NCBI GenBank assembly: GCA_008632985.1
Contig: QPGO01000146.1
Coordinates: 1-64,000 of the forward strand
Length of the DNA stretch: 64,000 bases
Reading direction: 5' to 3'
Origin: Psammoneis japonica
Taxonomy: Eukaryota
Shown here: in pieces, positions 47,173-59,852 of the stretch
How positions within the stretch are numbered: position 1 is the stretch's first letter
How the letters are laid out: each line of letters begins with the position of its first letter
The notes under the pieces: model-generated
Database searches by the model: none
Seen by the model: only the letters and a program-made list of their open reading frames with translations
Told to the model about the DNA's origin: nothing
Program-made: the position numbers and the translations under genes

Positions 47173-48626
47173 GTGGGAGAGTCACACGGAGAGCAGTGGG
47201 GTGGGAGCATGCCACAGAGTGAGGGTGCGACAGTGCTGACAGATGGGTTGGAGGAAAAAGAAGGAAGAGAATGACAGCAAAAAAAGTCTTGACATGAGGT
47301 GAGGTGAGCAGTGAGGGCAAGGCCAAAGTCAAGACTGAGGAGATGGGCAGCCCAAGATTGGGGAGTGGATGAGTGATGGGAGAAGCCAAGGTGTAGAAGG
47401 AGAGTTGTTTCCAGGCAATGTTGGTGTGGGTGAAGATGTTGATGGGAGAAAGCAAGGAGGTTTGGAAAGCTGGGAAGGGATCTTCTGAACTGAAGAACTC
47501 ATCAGGAACAATCCAGTGTGGCTTGGGAGGAGGGGCGAAATGGAGTCAAAGGAGGATGTGAGCAAGCTGAAGAAGAAGGTGTGGAAGTGGTGGCCAAGGC
47601 CACCCAGATGATCAGTGGCAAAAAAAAATGGGAGCAGACAGGCTTGGTTGATCAAGTTGATGACAGAAGCACCAGTGGCAGAGGAGCAGTGGTGTCCTGA
47701 GGTTCAGCAAGAAGGCCTTGAGCAGCAGGCAAGTCAGGTGCAGGGTGGGAAGCAGCTGGAGGAGCAGCAACATCAATGAGAAGAAAGTGTCATGCAGAGG
47801 AGGCACCGGGAGGAGCAGAGCTGGGGAAGAGCTGGGTGCCAGTGCCAGCAGGGCATTTGGGAGGATGCACAGAGAGCAGGCCATCTGGCTTCTTGAGAAA
47901 GACATGACAGCAGGAGCAGCAAGAGCCGGCTGGGGATCCAGCACAGGATGTTGATGATGGAGCAGATGGTGTCTCAGCCATTGGTCAAAAAATGCAGTGA
48001 ACAGTGCCAGTGCACAGTGCAGCAGGGCCCTGACCAGCTGCCAGAGGTTGTCTTGTGCTTGCTCCATTGATGAAATCTTTCTTTAGAAATCAAACCCAGC
48101 CAGCTTTGAAGCACTGTGCATTTGTTGATGCTGAGGACACCTTTGCACCACTGACCTGGCCAGAGTGCATGCTTCCTCACATTCTGCAAAGTTTGCTTCA
48201 CAGTGAGATCCAGTCTACATCAAATCATCAGAGAGACCACTCACCATTTTCTTGGAAAAACTCAAAAACACAGCCAGTCCATTGTGGTTTCTCTTTTTTT
48301 TGCCAACTCCAGAGCTGATCAATGTCAACAACATTGAGTGTTTCAGCCATCAATGGAGAAGAGGGGGGCTCCAGCTTTGGTGTGTGTCTTTGTTTGCCAC
48401 AACACAGCTGTTGTGTTGTGCTGGTGCTAAAAGCAAGCAGGCCAAGGCTGAGACCATTTGTGCTGAGTTGACAGCCACAACTGTGCATGTGATCAAGTCA
48501 AGACTTGCAGCTCATCTGCGCCACCAAACATGAGGATCATTGGACTTTGCCTTCACAGCTTCATTGACTCCAAACAAGGCTTGCTTCATTTGACAGCATG
48601 AAAAAGGCACAGCGCAGCATGGTGCA

Positions 48627-49570
48627 ATGCCCAAAACAAGAAGGGGCATCTTCTTCCACTTGAGGTGGTGACAGCACAGGTTGTCTCTGAAAGAAATGAT
48701 GCTGCTGTCAAAGCTGCAGAGAAGAAGTTGTGGTGACAGGTGTTGGCCTAAATTGCTGCTCCAGCTGATCCACCTGAAAGTGCTCACTTTGAAGCTGAGG
48801 TGGCAGCACACACCTGTCTGCTGTCTGCACTGCTGTGACACACACAGCACATGAGCTTTGTTCTGTGGCACATTTTGTTTGCTTGTGCAAACAGCTGAAC
48901 TGATGCAACTTCCTTTTTTTGCAAAGCCATGAGGTGGTGTTGAGAAAGAAAAAAGGCTTTTGGTGGTGCCCGCTGAAGAAACCTTGAGCCTTGAGAGACC
49001 TGCCCCAATGCCCCAGTTGGAAGGTGGAAGGATGATCTCTGTGACTGCCACACATCTGGCAGTTGCCATGCTCAGATGTGCCTTGCAATCTGGCTCCTAA
49101 CATGCAAATTCTTTGTGCTGTTGCACAGAAGCAGCTGTCACCCTGAACAAAAGAAGCACCTCACACTGGACAAGTGATGTGCAAAGGTTGAACCTGAGCT
49201 GGTGTGGAAATCATGCTCAAGGATCCACATGCCCCAATGTGCACAGAATCACATTCAGCATTGCAGCTGCATGTGTTGTTGCTTGTGTTGCACTTTCTCT
49301 TGTCCACCAGGTCAGCTCAATGTGCCACTTTGCTCTTGTGCAGGCCTGCACCTCCTTGTGATTGCATCTGGGATTGTCACTGCATCTGCCAAAAATGTGC
49401 CATTCCAGCCTCAGGTTGTTGTTTGGGTTGTGAAGATGTGTGCAGCATCTTTTGGCACATGACATTTGGCATCAGTGAAAATGGCCTGTCACATTGCAGA
49501 ATGCAGCATGTGCTGTGCCATGTGCTGTGAGCCAATGGGGATCCATCCTGATGCTCCCTTCACTGTCTGA
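48627..49570 (+). pseudogene. PLAC8-family gene copy 2, more degraded
   Basis: Collinear with 38528-39579, including ~500 bp upstream (38020-38520 resembles 48110-48620); has lost both TpA and CpG. Confidence 0.8.
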
Positions 49571-51366
49571 GAAGCCAGCTTGACTCAATTTGCAGGCCCC
49601 CTTCCCCGGGCTTTGAGTTTTTTGACCCTGGTGAAATTCACCTCAAAAGCCACCTGGCTGCCCATTCATTTTGTCAACTGCAATTGCACTCAGTGCACCT
49701 TCAATTTGCCCACATGCACCAATGAGTTGCAACAACATCCAGTGAAGTTGAGTGCCAAGTGGGCAAATTCTCTTGCAGTTTTTGTGTGTTGGCCCAGAGG
49801 TGCCTTTCTTCCCTGTTGAAATTTGACCAAATGCAAAGCAGAATGGAGTGTAATGCTGCAGCAGATGCAAACAAAAAAAGCTGAAATTTGATGATGTGAT
49901 GGCATTCCACACATTTGCAGCTCATGGACAGAAGACACTTGCTCTGCAGCACAATGACATGTGCTGTGTTTTTTTGTTTTGCAGGGATCTTTCAACCAAG
50001 CCACTCAAAAACAAATGAGGGAAATTGCTGTTGATGCGAATGGCATCTTTGTCAATCCCATTGATGAGACAGGTCACAGACTCTGCCTCTGGGAGTTCAT
50101 GATGGACCAAGGTCCTCACAGGTTCTTTCCCCACAGTTTGTCTCATTTTCACAGCTGGCATCCTTCTCACAACCTGCCATGCCTTGTGTGCATCCTGTGA
50201 CAATTGCCTCCAGAGAGAAATGGGTTTCTGTCATTTGAGCAGTCAAGATGATGGACAAGGTTGAGTGTGCTGCCCAGCAGAGATGGCAGCAGTGCACATT
50301 GTCCCTGCAATGGCACCACAAAGGCCAGCCACAGAAAGGAGGGCAAGGGCATGGCTCAAGCCATCATGCCAGCCAGCCTTCCTGAGGGCTTTCTTTTGTT
50401 GAAATGAAAGTTGAGAAAAAGGCCATGTCTGCCACAGCAGTGGGCACTGTGACCACATTGCTTGACCAATGATGCTGTGGCCAGCAGCACTTCATTCATC
50501 TCACCACCCTCTCTCATCATGAAGAAATCCCACTGAACCATCTTCAATGTTTTTTCACAAGTGCAGCCAACGGGCAGTGTTGAGGAATGAAAAAAATTGT
50601 GGCATCACCTGAAAAGACTGGCAGCACCCAGGAGATGCTGTGCACTTGCCAGACAATGGAAGGATTCATGATCTGTGAGAGCTGCTTTGACTGCCCTCAG
50701 AAAGATCAGCAGCACCTTGTGCTTTGACACACCTGCTGTGCAAGTCATGGTTGCTGTCATCACCAACTTTGTCTCCAACTCATGAGTGCTTTGTCTTGCT
50801 GTTTTTTGTGCAATGCTCTGCACAAGTGATGCAAAGAATGAATCAGGTTTGGGGCACACAAGTCCTTCACAGTGGTTTGTGGGAGCTCCAATGCTTGTGA
50901 AACAATGCTCATGCTTGCAACCATCTTTGTCTTCATTGACAATGTGCTCCTCCAGCTCTGGGTGGGAAAAGCAAAGGAAGGCTCAAGCAAAAGACTTTGA
51001 TGGAGCTGAAAGTGTGTCAAGGTGAGGTTTTTGTCAGAAAAGACAAAGTGCAGCCCAACGGAGCTGGTGGCAGCACATGGCGGCTCTTCATCAGACAGCA
51101 ATGCCATGGAGGCCATCCACAGAAGGGAGGACAACAAGGGCATGATTGAGCTTGCTGCACCAGCTGACCATCCTCCAAGGGCTTTTCTTTTGATGCAGAA
51201 GTTGAGAAGCAGGCTGTCTCTGTCACTGTGGTGGGTGCTGGTGATGTTGCATGAAACAGCAACAATGTGGCTGGTGATGTGCAGTGTTTTGTCTTGTTGT
51301 CCTCTTGTTGCCAAGAGATCCTGCCAAACAGTCTTCAATGTTTTTTACATGTGCAGCCAAAGCAAG

Positions 51367-52139
51367 GGTGGCGCTGAGAAAGGAAAAAGATTCATGGTGT
51401 CTCCTGAAGAGATCACCAGCAGCCATGGGCATTGAAGGATGACATCTGCAAAAGCTGCTCTGATTGCTCTTGCAACAGTTGGTGGTGCCTCACGCTTTGG
51501 CACCCAGCTTTCAAGTTGCGGTTGTTTGTCACACCACCAAATCTGTCTCTGATTGACAAACAGTTGATCTCATCACATTTTGTGCAACACAAGGCATGAT
51601 TGCACAAATGATGCAACAAAATGAATCTAAATTGGTTCATGGATCTTTCACCACAGTCCAAAACAACATTCATGCTTGCAACCCTCTGTGTCTTCATTGA
51701 CAGTGTGCTGTCTCTTGCATGTTGGGGGCTTGTGGTTGGGGGGCTTGGGTCTGAGACACTGCAGGACTGTCAAGCTGCCATTTCCACCACAACAACAGCC
51801 AGTTCAATTCATTCTCTGCATTTTTGCTGGCGTGCCTGCACCTGCTGACCATTGCTGTCAAGACCCATCATTGCCTTCTTCAATTCATTCTCTGCATTTT
51901 TGCTGGCGCGCCTGCACCTGCTGGCCATTGCTGTCAAGACCCATCATTGCCTTCATCAGAAGCATGCCATTCAGGTGGAACACTGCAATGAGTGTTGTGA
52001 AGAAGTTTGCTGCTCCTTTTGATGCCTGAGGTGCGGCATTTGCCAAACGGCTTGTCACACAGCCGACTGCGCCCCTCGCTCTGCCAAGTGCTGGGAGCCA
52101 ACAACGGGGAGCGACCCCAGTGCTCCTGTCATTGTCTGA
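51367..52139 (+). pseudogene. PLAC8-family gene copy 3, 5'-truncated
   Basis: GGAEKGKRFMVSPEE start and ...GCTCCTGTCATTGTCTGA end match copies 1 and 2; internal ~68-bp tandem duplication at ~51803-51955. Confidence 0.65.
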
Positions 52140-52663
52140 GAAGCAAGTTGTTTCAAATTGGACCCTTCATCAGACAGACCATCCAAGAAAATTGGTTTCC
52201 TGTCTGATGCTGTGATGGTGTTCAATCTTTTCTAATTGGCTCTTGGCTCAAGCATGCCACGACACAGCAAACCTGGCTCGGATCTTCTGGTGAAATCAAG
52301 CAGAGTGGAGCTGCGCGTGGTGCTGTGGCATGCCCACTGGCATGAAATGATGCAAGAGAAGAAAGCCAAGGTAGTGTGCTATGTTAGCTGACAAAGAGAA
52401 ATCAGATGTCAGATTACTCTCGACACTCCATCCCTCTCCACCGGCATTGTAAGAACAAAGCCATGCGATGGAAGTTGCTCGCACAGTACACCCGCCTATC
52501 ATGCACCCTACCATTTTGATTTTGATCCTGCACACTGACTCATTCATGCCAGAAGCAATGTTGCAACTTGCGACGCGACCATGATGTGGCATCATAAAAC
52601 AGACGACACATCTACTGTAGCTCCGTCATCTATCTACTAAGCGCAAAACGAACAAGTTCCACC

Positions 52664-53707
52664 ATGAAGGACGTTTGCCTCTCTTTGAGTCTGATGGTCG
52701 TGGTCGTCATGGCGTCCATTTTCTCAAGTGCTTCCGCGTTCTCGTCGCTAGGAAAAAAGTCGACGGCTCGCGACGTATTGTACGAATTAAACAGTGGAAA
52801 CAGGCTGGCATCCTTTGTGCAGAAGGATGACGCAACGGCAGTTGTTACCGGAGGAAATAGTGGAATTGGATCTGAAACCGTAAAGACGTTGGCCTTGACG
52901 GGCATGAAGGTCGTACTTTGTGCTCGCAATGAGGAATCGGCACAAAAGACGCTTGAAAAGATCCCCGATTGGTGTCGAGATAACGTTTCCGTGCAAAAGT
53001 TGGACCTGGCAGATATGGATTCCATTCAACGCGCGGCTCAAGAAATTCAAGAGACACACACGTCGATTGACCTCTTGTGCAACAACGCGGGTGTCATGGC
53101 TCTGCCCCAACGCCAAGAAACCAAGAACGGCATTGAAATGCAGGTGGGAGTGAATCATGTCGGACACCACATGCTTACACGGTTGTTACTCCCCCATTTG
53201 AATGAAAACGGACGTATTGTCAATGTAGCGAGTTCGGCGCATCAAATGAGCAAGGGCGATCGCGATTGGAATTCAGAGCAATCCTATTCGGCATGGGGCA
53301 CATATGGAACAAGTAAACTTGCAAATGTATTGTTTGCCAAGAGCTTGCAAGAAAAGCTCAACGAAGCTGGACGAAGCGACATTAGCTCGGTGTCGTTACA
53401 CCCAGGAGTTATCAAAACCAATCTTTGGAGAAACACTCCTTCGCTGCTACAGTTTGCGACCAATCTTTTTGCCGACAAGTCTATTGAGCAAGGCGCTGCT
53501 ACGAATGTGTACTGCTCGCTTGTAGATAAGCTAGAAGGAGGCGAGTATTACCAGGATTGTCAAGTGACAAGTACGTATCCGACAGCTCAAGGAAAAAGCA
53601 TTCGTCAAGACTTGTGGACCTACACCGAGAATCTAATCAAAGAGAAAGGATATGATTTGCCCACAAGTTTGTTAAGGGAGACGGAAACAGCAGTTGAATT
53701 AGTGTAA
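52664..53707 (+). CDS. Plastid-targeted short-chain dehydrogenase/reductase (retinol dehydrogenase-like)
   Basis: Signal peptide plus ASAF motif; TGGNSGIG, NNAGVM and YGTSK catalytic motifs. Confidence 0.92.
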   Translation: MKDVCLSLSLMVVVVMASIFSSASAFSSLGKKSTARDVLYELNSGNRLASFVQKDDATAVVTGGNSGIGSETVKTLALTGMKVVLCARNEESAQKTLEKIPDWCRDNVSVQKLDLADMDSIQRAAQEIQETHTSIDLLCNNAGVMALPQRQETKNGIEMQVGVNHVGHHMLTRLLLPHLNENGRIVNVASSAHQMSKGDRDWNSEQSYSAWGTYGTSKLANVLFAKSLQEKLNEAGRSDISSVSLHPGVIKTNLWRNTPSLLQFATNLFADKSIEQGAATNVYCSLVDKLEGGEYYQDCQVTSTYPTAQGKSIRQDLWTYTENLIKEKGYDLPTSLLRETETAVELV

Positions 53708-53976
53708 CAGGCTTTAATTTTGAAACTAGTACTATAGTCGGCTCTGAACAAAACAGTGTAGGTGAGAGAAGCACCTCCACAGCTGCTTGCACAGCTGACC
53801 ATATTCCAGAACGCACTTGCGACAGTTATTACGAACGGAATAGACCCGTGAATCGAGCGGAACGCTTCGCATCAAAGCAGCATAGTATACTGTGCAATCA
53901 ATATAAACAAAAATATTACGTATCTTTCCACATGTCCTACCGCCACTACGAAAAACCAAAAGTTGACTTACGCTTT

Positions 53977-56133
53977 CTACCCGTGGCAAGTACGATTGGC
54001 TACACAACGCGGTCCCTCCAAAGCTTCATGTTCTGGAAGTACAAAGAAATCGACCGCATCACACATCTTCCAAACACCATGAAGGAACAACGATTCCAGA
54101 AACTTGATGTAGTCGCTACTTTCTTCCGCTCTTCTTTGGAAAGCGTCCATGGACTCCAACGTGCCCATTGAGAAAACGGAGTCTTCTTCACTTGTGGTCG
54201 AGGAAGACTCTTGCTCGGGTGGTTCTTTGCGTTTCTTGCGCCACCGTAGCTTGCTTGAAAACTGTCTGACTCGGAGTTTCTTCACCCATTTTCTTTTCTT
54301 TCTAGAGCTTTTGCTGTGCTCTCCTAGATATATGTGTGTTACCTTTGAGGACTCGGACGGTTCGGGCATTCTGAACTCATTGTTCCTCGTGCTGTCTTCC
54401 CTGAAGCATTCACTGCGGCCACGGATGGACGTTGGCATCCCCCCACCAACATTCGTTACACAGGACACGATATCATCCGGCTCTTCCTGCAGTAAATACG
54501 GACTTTGGAAGCATTCTGGTGCCGTCCATGTAGATGCGCTGCAGCCCCGAACGTAGTAATATGGGATCCCCGTCAGAGGATCTAACTCGTACTTCCAAGT
54601 TGGGGCTGAAGCTTCTTTGTCAGCCCCAGCGACCGCACCTGTTACCGCTGGTCCAGCAATCTCTTCGGGTAGGTTTTCGGACGACTCCAATGACTTGAGC
54701 TGTTTGGCATCATGGCGCCGTGATTCTTTGCCCAAGATGGATGTACTCTCCCGTCCGATGGACGTCGACCTCTCCTCTGGTGTAATCGTCACGCAGCCCA
54801 TATCTTCTGATATCGACACTTCGAAAACATCGTACGCTGTAGCTTGTGTTGAGGATATATCTGCCTGTATACTCGACTTGAGCTCCTTGCTCTCTTGGAT
54901 CTTCATGTCTTTCCCTTCGAAGGATATGCTATCTGATCGGATGGACTCCTGTCCGGTGGATATCGACGTATCTTCCGTTGTAGTCGACACACAGTCCACT
55001 CCTTCTGTTATTGCCAAAATCTCGAAACTTTCGTGCTCCGTGGTGTGCGAACAGGATTTATCTGACGTTACGCTCATCACGGAGAATGAGTGCTTTGGGG
55101 TTTTTGATTCGAAGCCGGGCTTTGTCCAAGTAGATGTGCGACCGGGCTTTGTCCAAGTAGATGTGCGACCGTCGTGACCGAGGTAGTAATATGGAAGACC
55201 CGTGAGAGGATCCACCGCGGTTTTCCACGCCTTGTCGACCCCATCCGGCGATGTGTTCGAAGGCTTGCTCGTTGTGGAGCCCACACCTTCAGGTACCTTC
55301 AACTCAGCATCTTCGTGGTCTGCCTTTTGAGAGGAGGACTGCAGGCTCAGCACACTGACCGAGCGCATGGGTTCAAAGCCTTCATGCATTGTCCATGTCG
55401 ATATGCGACCGTCTCGACCACAGTAGAAATACGGCCTTCCTGTGCGAGGATCTACCGCAGACTTCCACCTTGAAGTCCGCGATTCGCGTTTCGAGGGTTT
55501 CTCGGAGGGCTCGCACAATGTTGAGCCCACGTCTTCAGGTATCTTCGATTCAACATCTTCATGCTCTGCCATTTGCGAGGACGACTGCATAGTCAGCACA
55601 CTGACCGATCGAATGGGCTCAAAGCCTTCTTGCATCGTCCATGTTGACGTACGACCGTCACGGCCGAAGCAGTAGTACGGCCTTCCCGTGCGAGGATCCA
55701 CCGAAGACTCCCACTTTGAGGTTCGAGGCTCGGGACGAGCTTTCTCACGGGTGTCTCTTCTTGCGCCATCAACGTCCTCAGAAACTTTCTCGAAAGACTC
55801 GAAGCATTTGATCTCTCCATTCGACTGCTTGTGCTTGCCACGAATCTCTTCAACAGGTGCAGCGCCATATATAACGCGAGTTGAGTATTGACTGTTCACG
55901 CCGGAATACCGGTCTGCTGGACTCGGCCTATGAGAAGTACGATTTCGGCTACGAAACCGGAGAACGCCGCGACGTGTCCTCGACTCTTCTGGTGGTGGCT
56001 CCTCTAGAAAATCAGCAAAACTGAGACCGATTAACACCAACTCGACGTTCTGATGGGACGCTGATAAGCTGCTAGTTAGAGCTGGTTGAAACGAACAAAT
56101 TGGTCGAGGACTAATGGCTTCGGCCGAAGTCAT
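53977..56133 (-). CDS. WW-domain repeat protein
   Basis: 718-aa ORF with four W...DP.TG.PYY......STWT repeats. Confidence 0.8.
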   Translation of the reverse strand: MTSAEAISPRPICSFQPALTSSLSASHQNVELVLIGLSFADFLEEPPPEESRTRRGVLRFRSRNRTSHRPSPADRYSGVNSQYSTRVIYGAAPVEEIRGKHKQSNGEIKCFESFEKVSEDVDGARRDTREKARPEPRTSKWESSVDPRTGRPYYCFGRDGRTSTWTMQEGFEPIRSVSVLTMQSSSQMAEHEDVESKIPEDVGSTLCEPSEKPSKRESRTSRWKSAVDPRTGRPYFYCGRDGRISTWTMHEGFEPMRSVSVLSLQSSSQKADHEDAELKVPEGVGSTTSKPSNTSPDGVDKAWKTAVDPLTGLPYYYLGHDGRTSTWTKPGRTSTWTKPGFESKTPKHSFSVMSVTSDKSCSHTTEHESFEILAITEGVDCVSTTTEDTSISTGQESIRSDSISFEGKDMKIQESKELKSSIQADISSTQATAYDVFEVSISEDMGCVTITPEERSTSIGRESTSILGKESRRHDAKQLKSLESSENLPEEIAGPAVTGAVAGADKEASAPTWKYELDPLTGIPYYYVRGCSASTWTAPECFQSPYLLQEEPDDIVSCVTNVGGGMPTSIRGRSECFREDSTRNNEFRMPEPSESSKVTHIYLGEHSKSSRKKRKWVKKLRVRQFSSKLRWRKKRKEPPEQESSSTTSEEDSVFSMGTLESMDAFQRRAEESSDYIKFLESLFLHGVWKMCDAVDFFVLPEHEALEGPRCVANRTCHG

Positions 56134-56519
56134 TATTTCATTGAAAGATCTTTGCCCGTTGCAAACTCGCCATGCATCTCACTGTTTTTTTCTTGGATTA
56201 GATGGCCGGGATAACGATAATGCCGTATGCATGTACGGTACCATGGGAACTACGTCGCAAACTTCCGAACTCGGGTACCTTCCCGCCTTTGTCCCGGTTT
56301 CCCGCGCTGCGATTTGTGACGCCCTAAATGCAAACAAGAATGTAATATGAATATATATAGGATATATTACGTGTAATTACATAGTGTGGCGTCTTTTGTG
56401 CTTGTGTTTCTAAGAAGCTCTTTTTGAATATAGGTTTTATTGTACTTTCTGACTCTATATAAGTAATTAATGTATACAGGAAGATATGAGAAAGGTTCTA
56501 AGTAAAGTCCGTTCAAATT

Positions 56520-58545
56520 AAAAACAATTTTTGGTTTTGCCGTTGTGTGGGCCAGTTATGGGATCGAAATGGCACCGACGACGCGCAAAAGCGGCGCAGT
56601 CAACAAGATGAGCGATGTGCACTGGAACGAATCGAAGTTTCTTGGTCCCTTCAGCACCTCCACTGCCGATGGCTCCCTTGCGATCCAGCCCCTCGTTGAT
56701 GATGGAATTTCGCTTCTCCTGTTCACAGTCAACCACTTCTTGGGTGGTCTCAGTCTCTTTTTCCATTGTTGCCCCCTCGCTCTTCGGCTCCTCCTCCTTC
56801 TCCACTTTCTGCTCCCGGCCCAAGCTTCGTCAGCCTCAGCCGCCCACCCATTGAGACTCTGGCATCTCCCACACCACCTTTTCTCATGCTCTCACTTCAC
56901 CATCCTTTCTCCTGTCCTTTGCTGATGATTTTGCTTGGAGCCAACCAGGCCTGTTCCAGCCCCAGGTGATGAGAAATCTGCTGTGCGAAAGGCATTTTCT
57001 GCACAGTTTGGCACATTGGACTCCTTCAAATTTGATTGTTTCTAAAATTGAAAGGTGAGTGCACACAAAAAACATGGGTTTTGTGCACACTCACCCTTCG
57101 ATTTGGAAAAAAAAAGATTTTGAAAGAGCGAGTTCATTGCGCTAAATGCCAAAATGGGCCAGCGATGGGAAACAAACCTGTGTGCATCACCTGGAGCTGG
57201 AGCAGGCCACAAGTGCCATGAGTGGCTTGTTGGAACCTGTGCAGCATTGTGCCTGCAGAACTCTCTGTGTGTGCAAGCTCCGCGCAGCAAAGTCTTTGGG
57301 TGACAAGAAGTGGCGCGTCATTGATCCCCAACAGAAAAAGATGCAATTTTGCAAATGCACAAACTTGTCTGTGATTGAAGTGCATCATTTTTTGCTTGCC
57401 CTGGGTGGTGCACTCTTCAGACATTGAAGAATGCACCTGACGGCTTGTTCCAGCTGCTCCATGTGAAGCGCACAGGTTTGATTCCCACCACTGGCCCATT
57501 TTTGCATTTGGTGCAACAAACTTCTTCAAAATTGGTTTTTCTCCCAAATTGAAGGGTGAGTGAGTGCACACAAAACCAATGTTTTTTTGTGCTCACTCAC
57601 CTTTCGATTTTCTTTGAAAGGATCAAATTTGAAGAAGTTTAGTGTGCCAAGAGCTGCACAGAAAATCGGCCTTTTGCATGTTGGATTTCTTGTCACCTGG
57701 GCTGGAACAGGCCTGGCACAGCAATGCAGCTCTTGCAAATCTGTTGAACAAACATCTGGGGATTTGCAAAACAGTGAGCATCTGGACGTGTTCCAGACGC
57801 AGGCGGGAATCCGTGTGACATTGGGCCTGCAGAATTCTGCGCATGAGCTCTGCACCAAAACCATTGGGCAATGAAAATGTCAATGATCACCAGCAGAAAA
57901 AGAGGCAATTTTGCAAACACACAAACTTGTCCATGATTGTTGAAGGCACATCATTTTTTGCTCAGCCCAGCACATTCTTCAGACATTGAAGAGCACACTC
58001 TGGGTGCTTTGTTGTTCCCGTGAATTTGTCAAATGAAACGTCTTGGGCTTTGCAAAACAGGAGAAGTGTGGAACAACTTTTTGGAAGATCACACATGGAA
58101 ATGCATGTGCGAACATGGGATGGATGACAAAAACAATTGCGCCACACGCCAGCACTGTGAGCTCACACCCAGGGCTGGAACGCATCTCTGGAAAAACAAT
58201 TCTGTGAGAGAGCACATGCAGAAATGCACATGCAAAACATGCGACAAATGACAAAAATGGTTGTGTCACACGTCAGTGCCACGAGCTCCCACCAGGGGCT
58301 GGAACGAGTGCCTGCCAAGCTGGCGGCACCGCCCCTCTTGTGTTTGGCGGGTGGGGCAGACAATCACAGGTGCCGAACAAAATTCAGCTGAGCTGCCTGG
58401 TGCTGCTGGCTGGCTGTGCTTAAGAGCAGGGCCATGTGCCGGCACTGTAGCCAGAAACAAGTTGTTGTTTGAAGCACATCATGAAGCCATGCCCACCAGC
58501 ACCGAACGGTGCATCGTCGAATGATGTTGAACGGTCAGCCGTTAT
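56520..58545. repeat. TpA-depleted foldback-like repeat with internal inverted and direct repeats
   Basis: ~56945-57208 is inverted relative to ~57441-57716; hairpins at ~57046-57103 and ~57546-57610; direct repeat ~57330-57437 and ~57894-57999. Confidence 0.7.
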
Positions 58546-58805
58546 TTCTATTTATGACGAGGTCCTTTCGACGTCACAAATCGATTGAGGAACAACATTC
58601 TGCATATCCATCGTTTTATACATATTCAATGATCGAAACGTCGTGCGTTTGTTGCGTACGTGCCAAACCCGCGCCACGTCTGCTCACAAAGTTCAGTCAC
58701 ATCATGCGATTTTGCGAACACATTGTTGGCATTATGGTTTCCCCATCACAACCAACACAACGAAAGAAAGAGTCGCAACGCTGTAAACACCACTGGAAAA
58801 TATCA

Positions 58806-59693
58806 ATGACTACCGACTACCATTTGACATCGCTACAATATTTCAGAAAGCCCAACGAAAGCAAGGGAAGCGCCATAAGAGAGACGCTAAAGAGACCACG
58901 AAACGGCTCCATGGATGACACGGCAAAACTACTGACAAGGGAAAAAGGACAAAGTCCGATACATGGCAATCTAGTGACCGCTGAAAGTCAAAACAAACAT
59001 AATCTGAATGTTGACCACCAGCAGCCAAGAGGCATGCAACATATTCGACCAAAAAATCCAACCACGCGGAAGAGACCGGAGGTTGTCATGATTCGAGGCC
59101 CCGCGTCTGCTACAAAGTCGACAAGCGTGATATCAACGGACGACAAGCACCCAGAAGAAGTCTTGAAATCTATCATTGAATCAAATGGTTACTCGGGCGA
59201 GCCAATACCATATTCTTCGCTTGACGGGTTTTTCCTTCAAACTACGGAAGCCCATATGGCAGGATACACGTCAGAGGTGGTAAAGAGCATTCGAGATGGA
59301 AATATCGCAGAGCTACGCAAAGTTCTTGCTGCCGGTCAAACATTACAGTGCTGTAATCGTTTCGGAGAAAGCATTATCCACATGGCTTGTCGACGTGGAG
59401 ATTTCAAAGTGGTTTCGTTCTTGGTGGAGGAAGCCAAAGTGTCGGTTCGGATTCATGACGACTATGGCCGCACACCTCTTTCAGACGCTTGTTGGACAGG
59501 AGATACTGAGTTTTCAGTTATCGAGTTGCTTATGCGAGAATGCCCAGAGCTTTTCTTGGTAAAAGATAAGCGAGGACACACTCCCCTGTCGTACGCACGT
59601 CGGGATCACTGGGCGGAGTGGTGCGATTTCTTGGAACGGCATCGTCACCTCCTCCATCCAAGAGCGTTGTGCCAAGCTAGAAACAATAGATGA
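58806..59693 (+). CDS. Ankyrin-repeat protein
   Basis: NRFGESIIHMACRRG, DDYGRTPLSDACW, DKRGHTPLSY; start codon uncertain. Confidence 0.88.
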   Translation: MTTDYHLTSLQYFRKPNESKGSAIRETLKRPRNGSMDDTAKLLTREKGQSPIHGNLVTAESQNKHNLNVDHQQPRGMQHIRPKNPTTRKRPEVVMIRGPASATKSTSVISTDDKHPEEVLKSIIESNGYSGEPIPYSSLDGFFLQTTEAHMAGYTSEVVKSIRDGNIAELRKVLAAGQTLQCCNRFGESIIHMACRRGDFKVVSFLVEEAKVSVRIHDDYGRTPLSDACWTGDTEFSVIELLMRECPELFLVKDKRGHTPLSYARRDHWAEWCDFLERHRHLLHPRALCQARNNR

Positions 59694-59852
59694 TCTTTCG
59701 CATTTTGTCTTTGCATGAGTGCGTTATAAAATTTAAAGAAAAAGAACATTGTGAAATCGGTAGACCTATTGGACAGGTTTTACGTGAGTTGATATGTACT
59801 CTATTCTATACTGCTTAATACTACAGGGTGGAGTAGGATGTTATTGCTTCTT

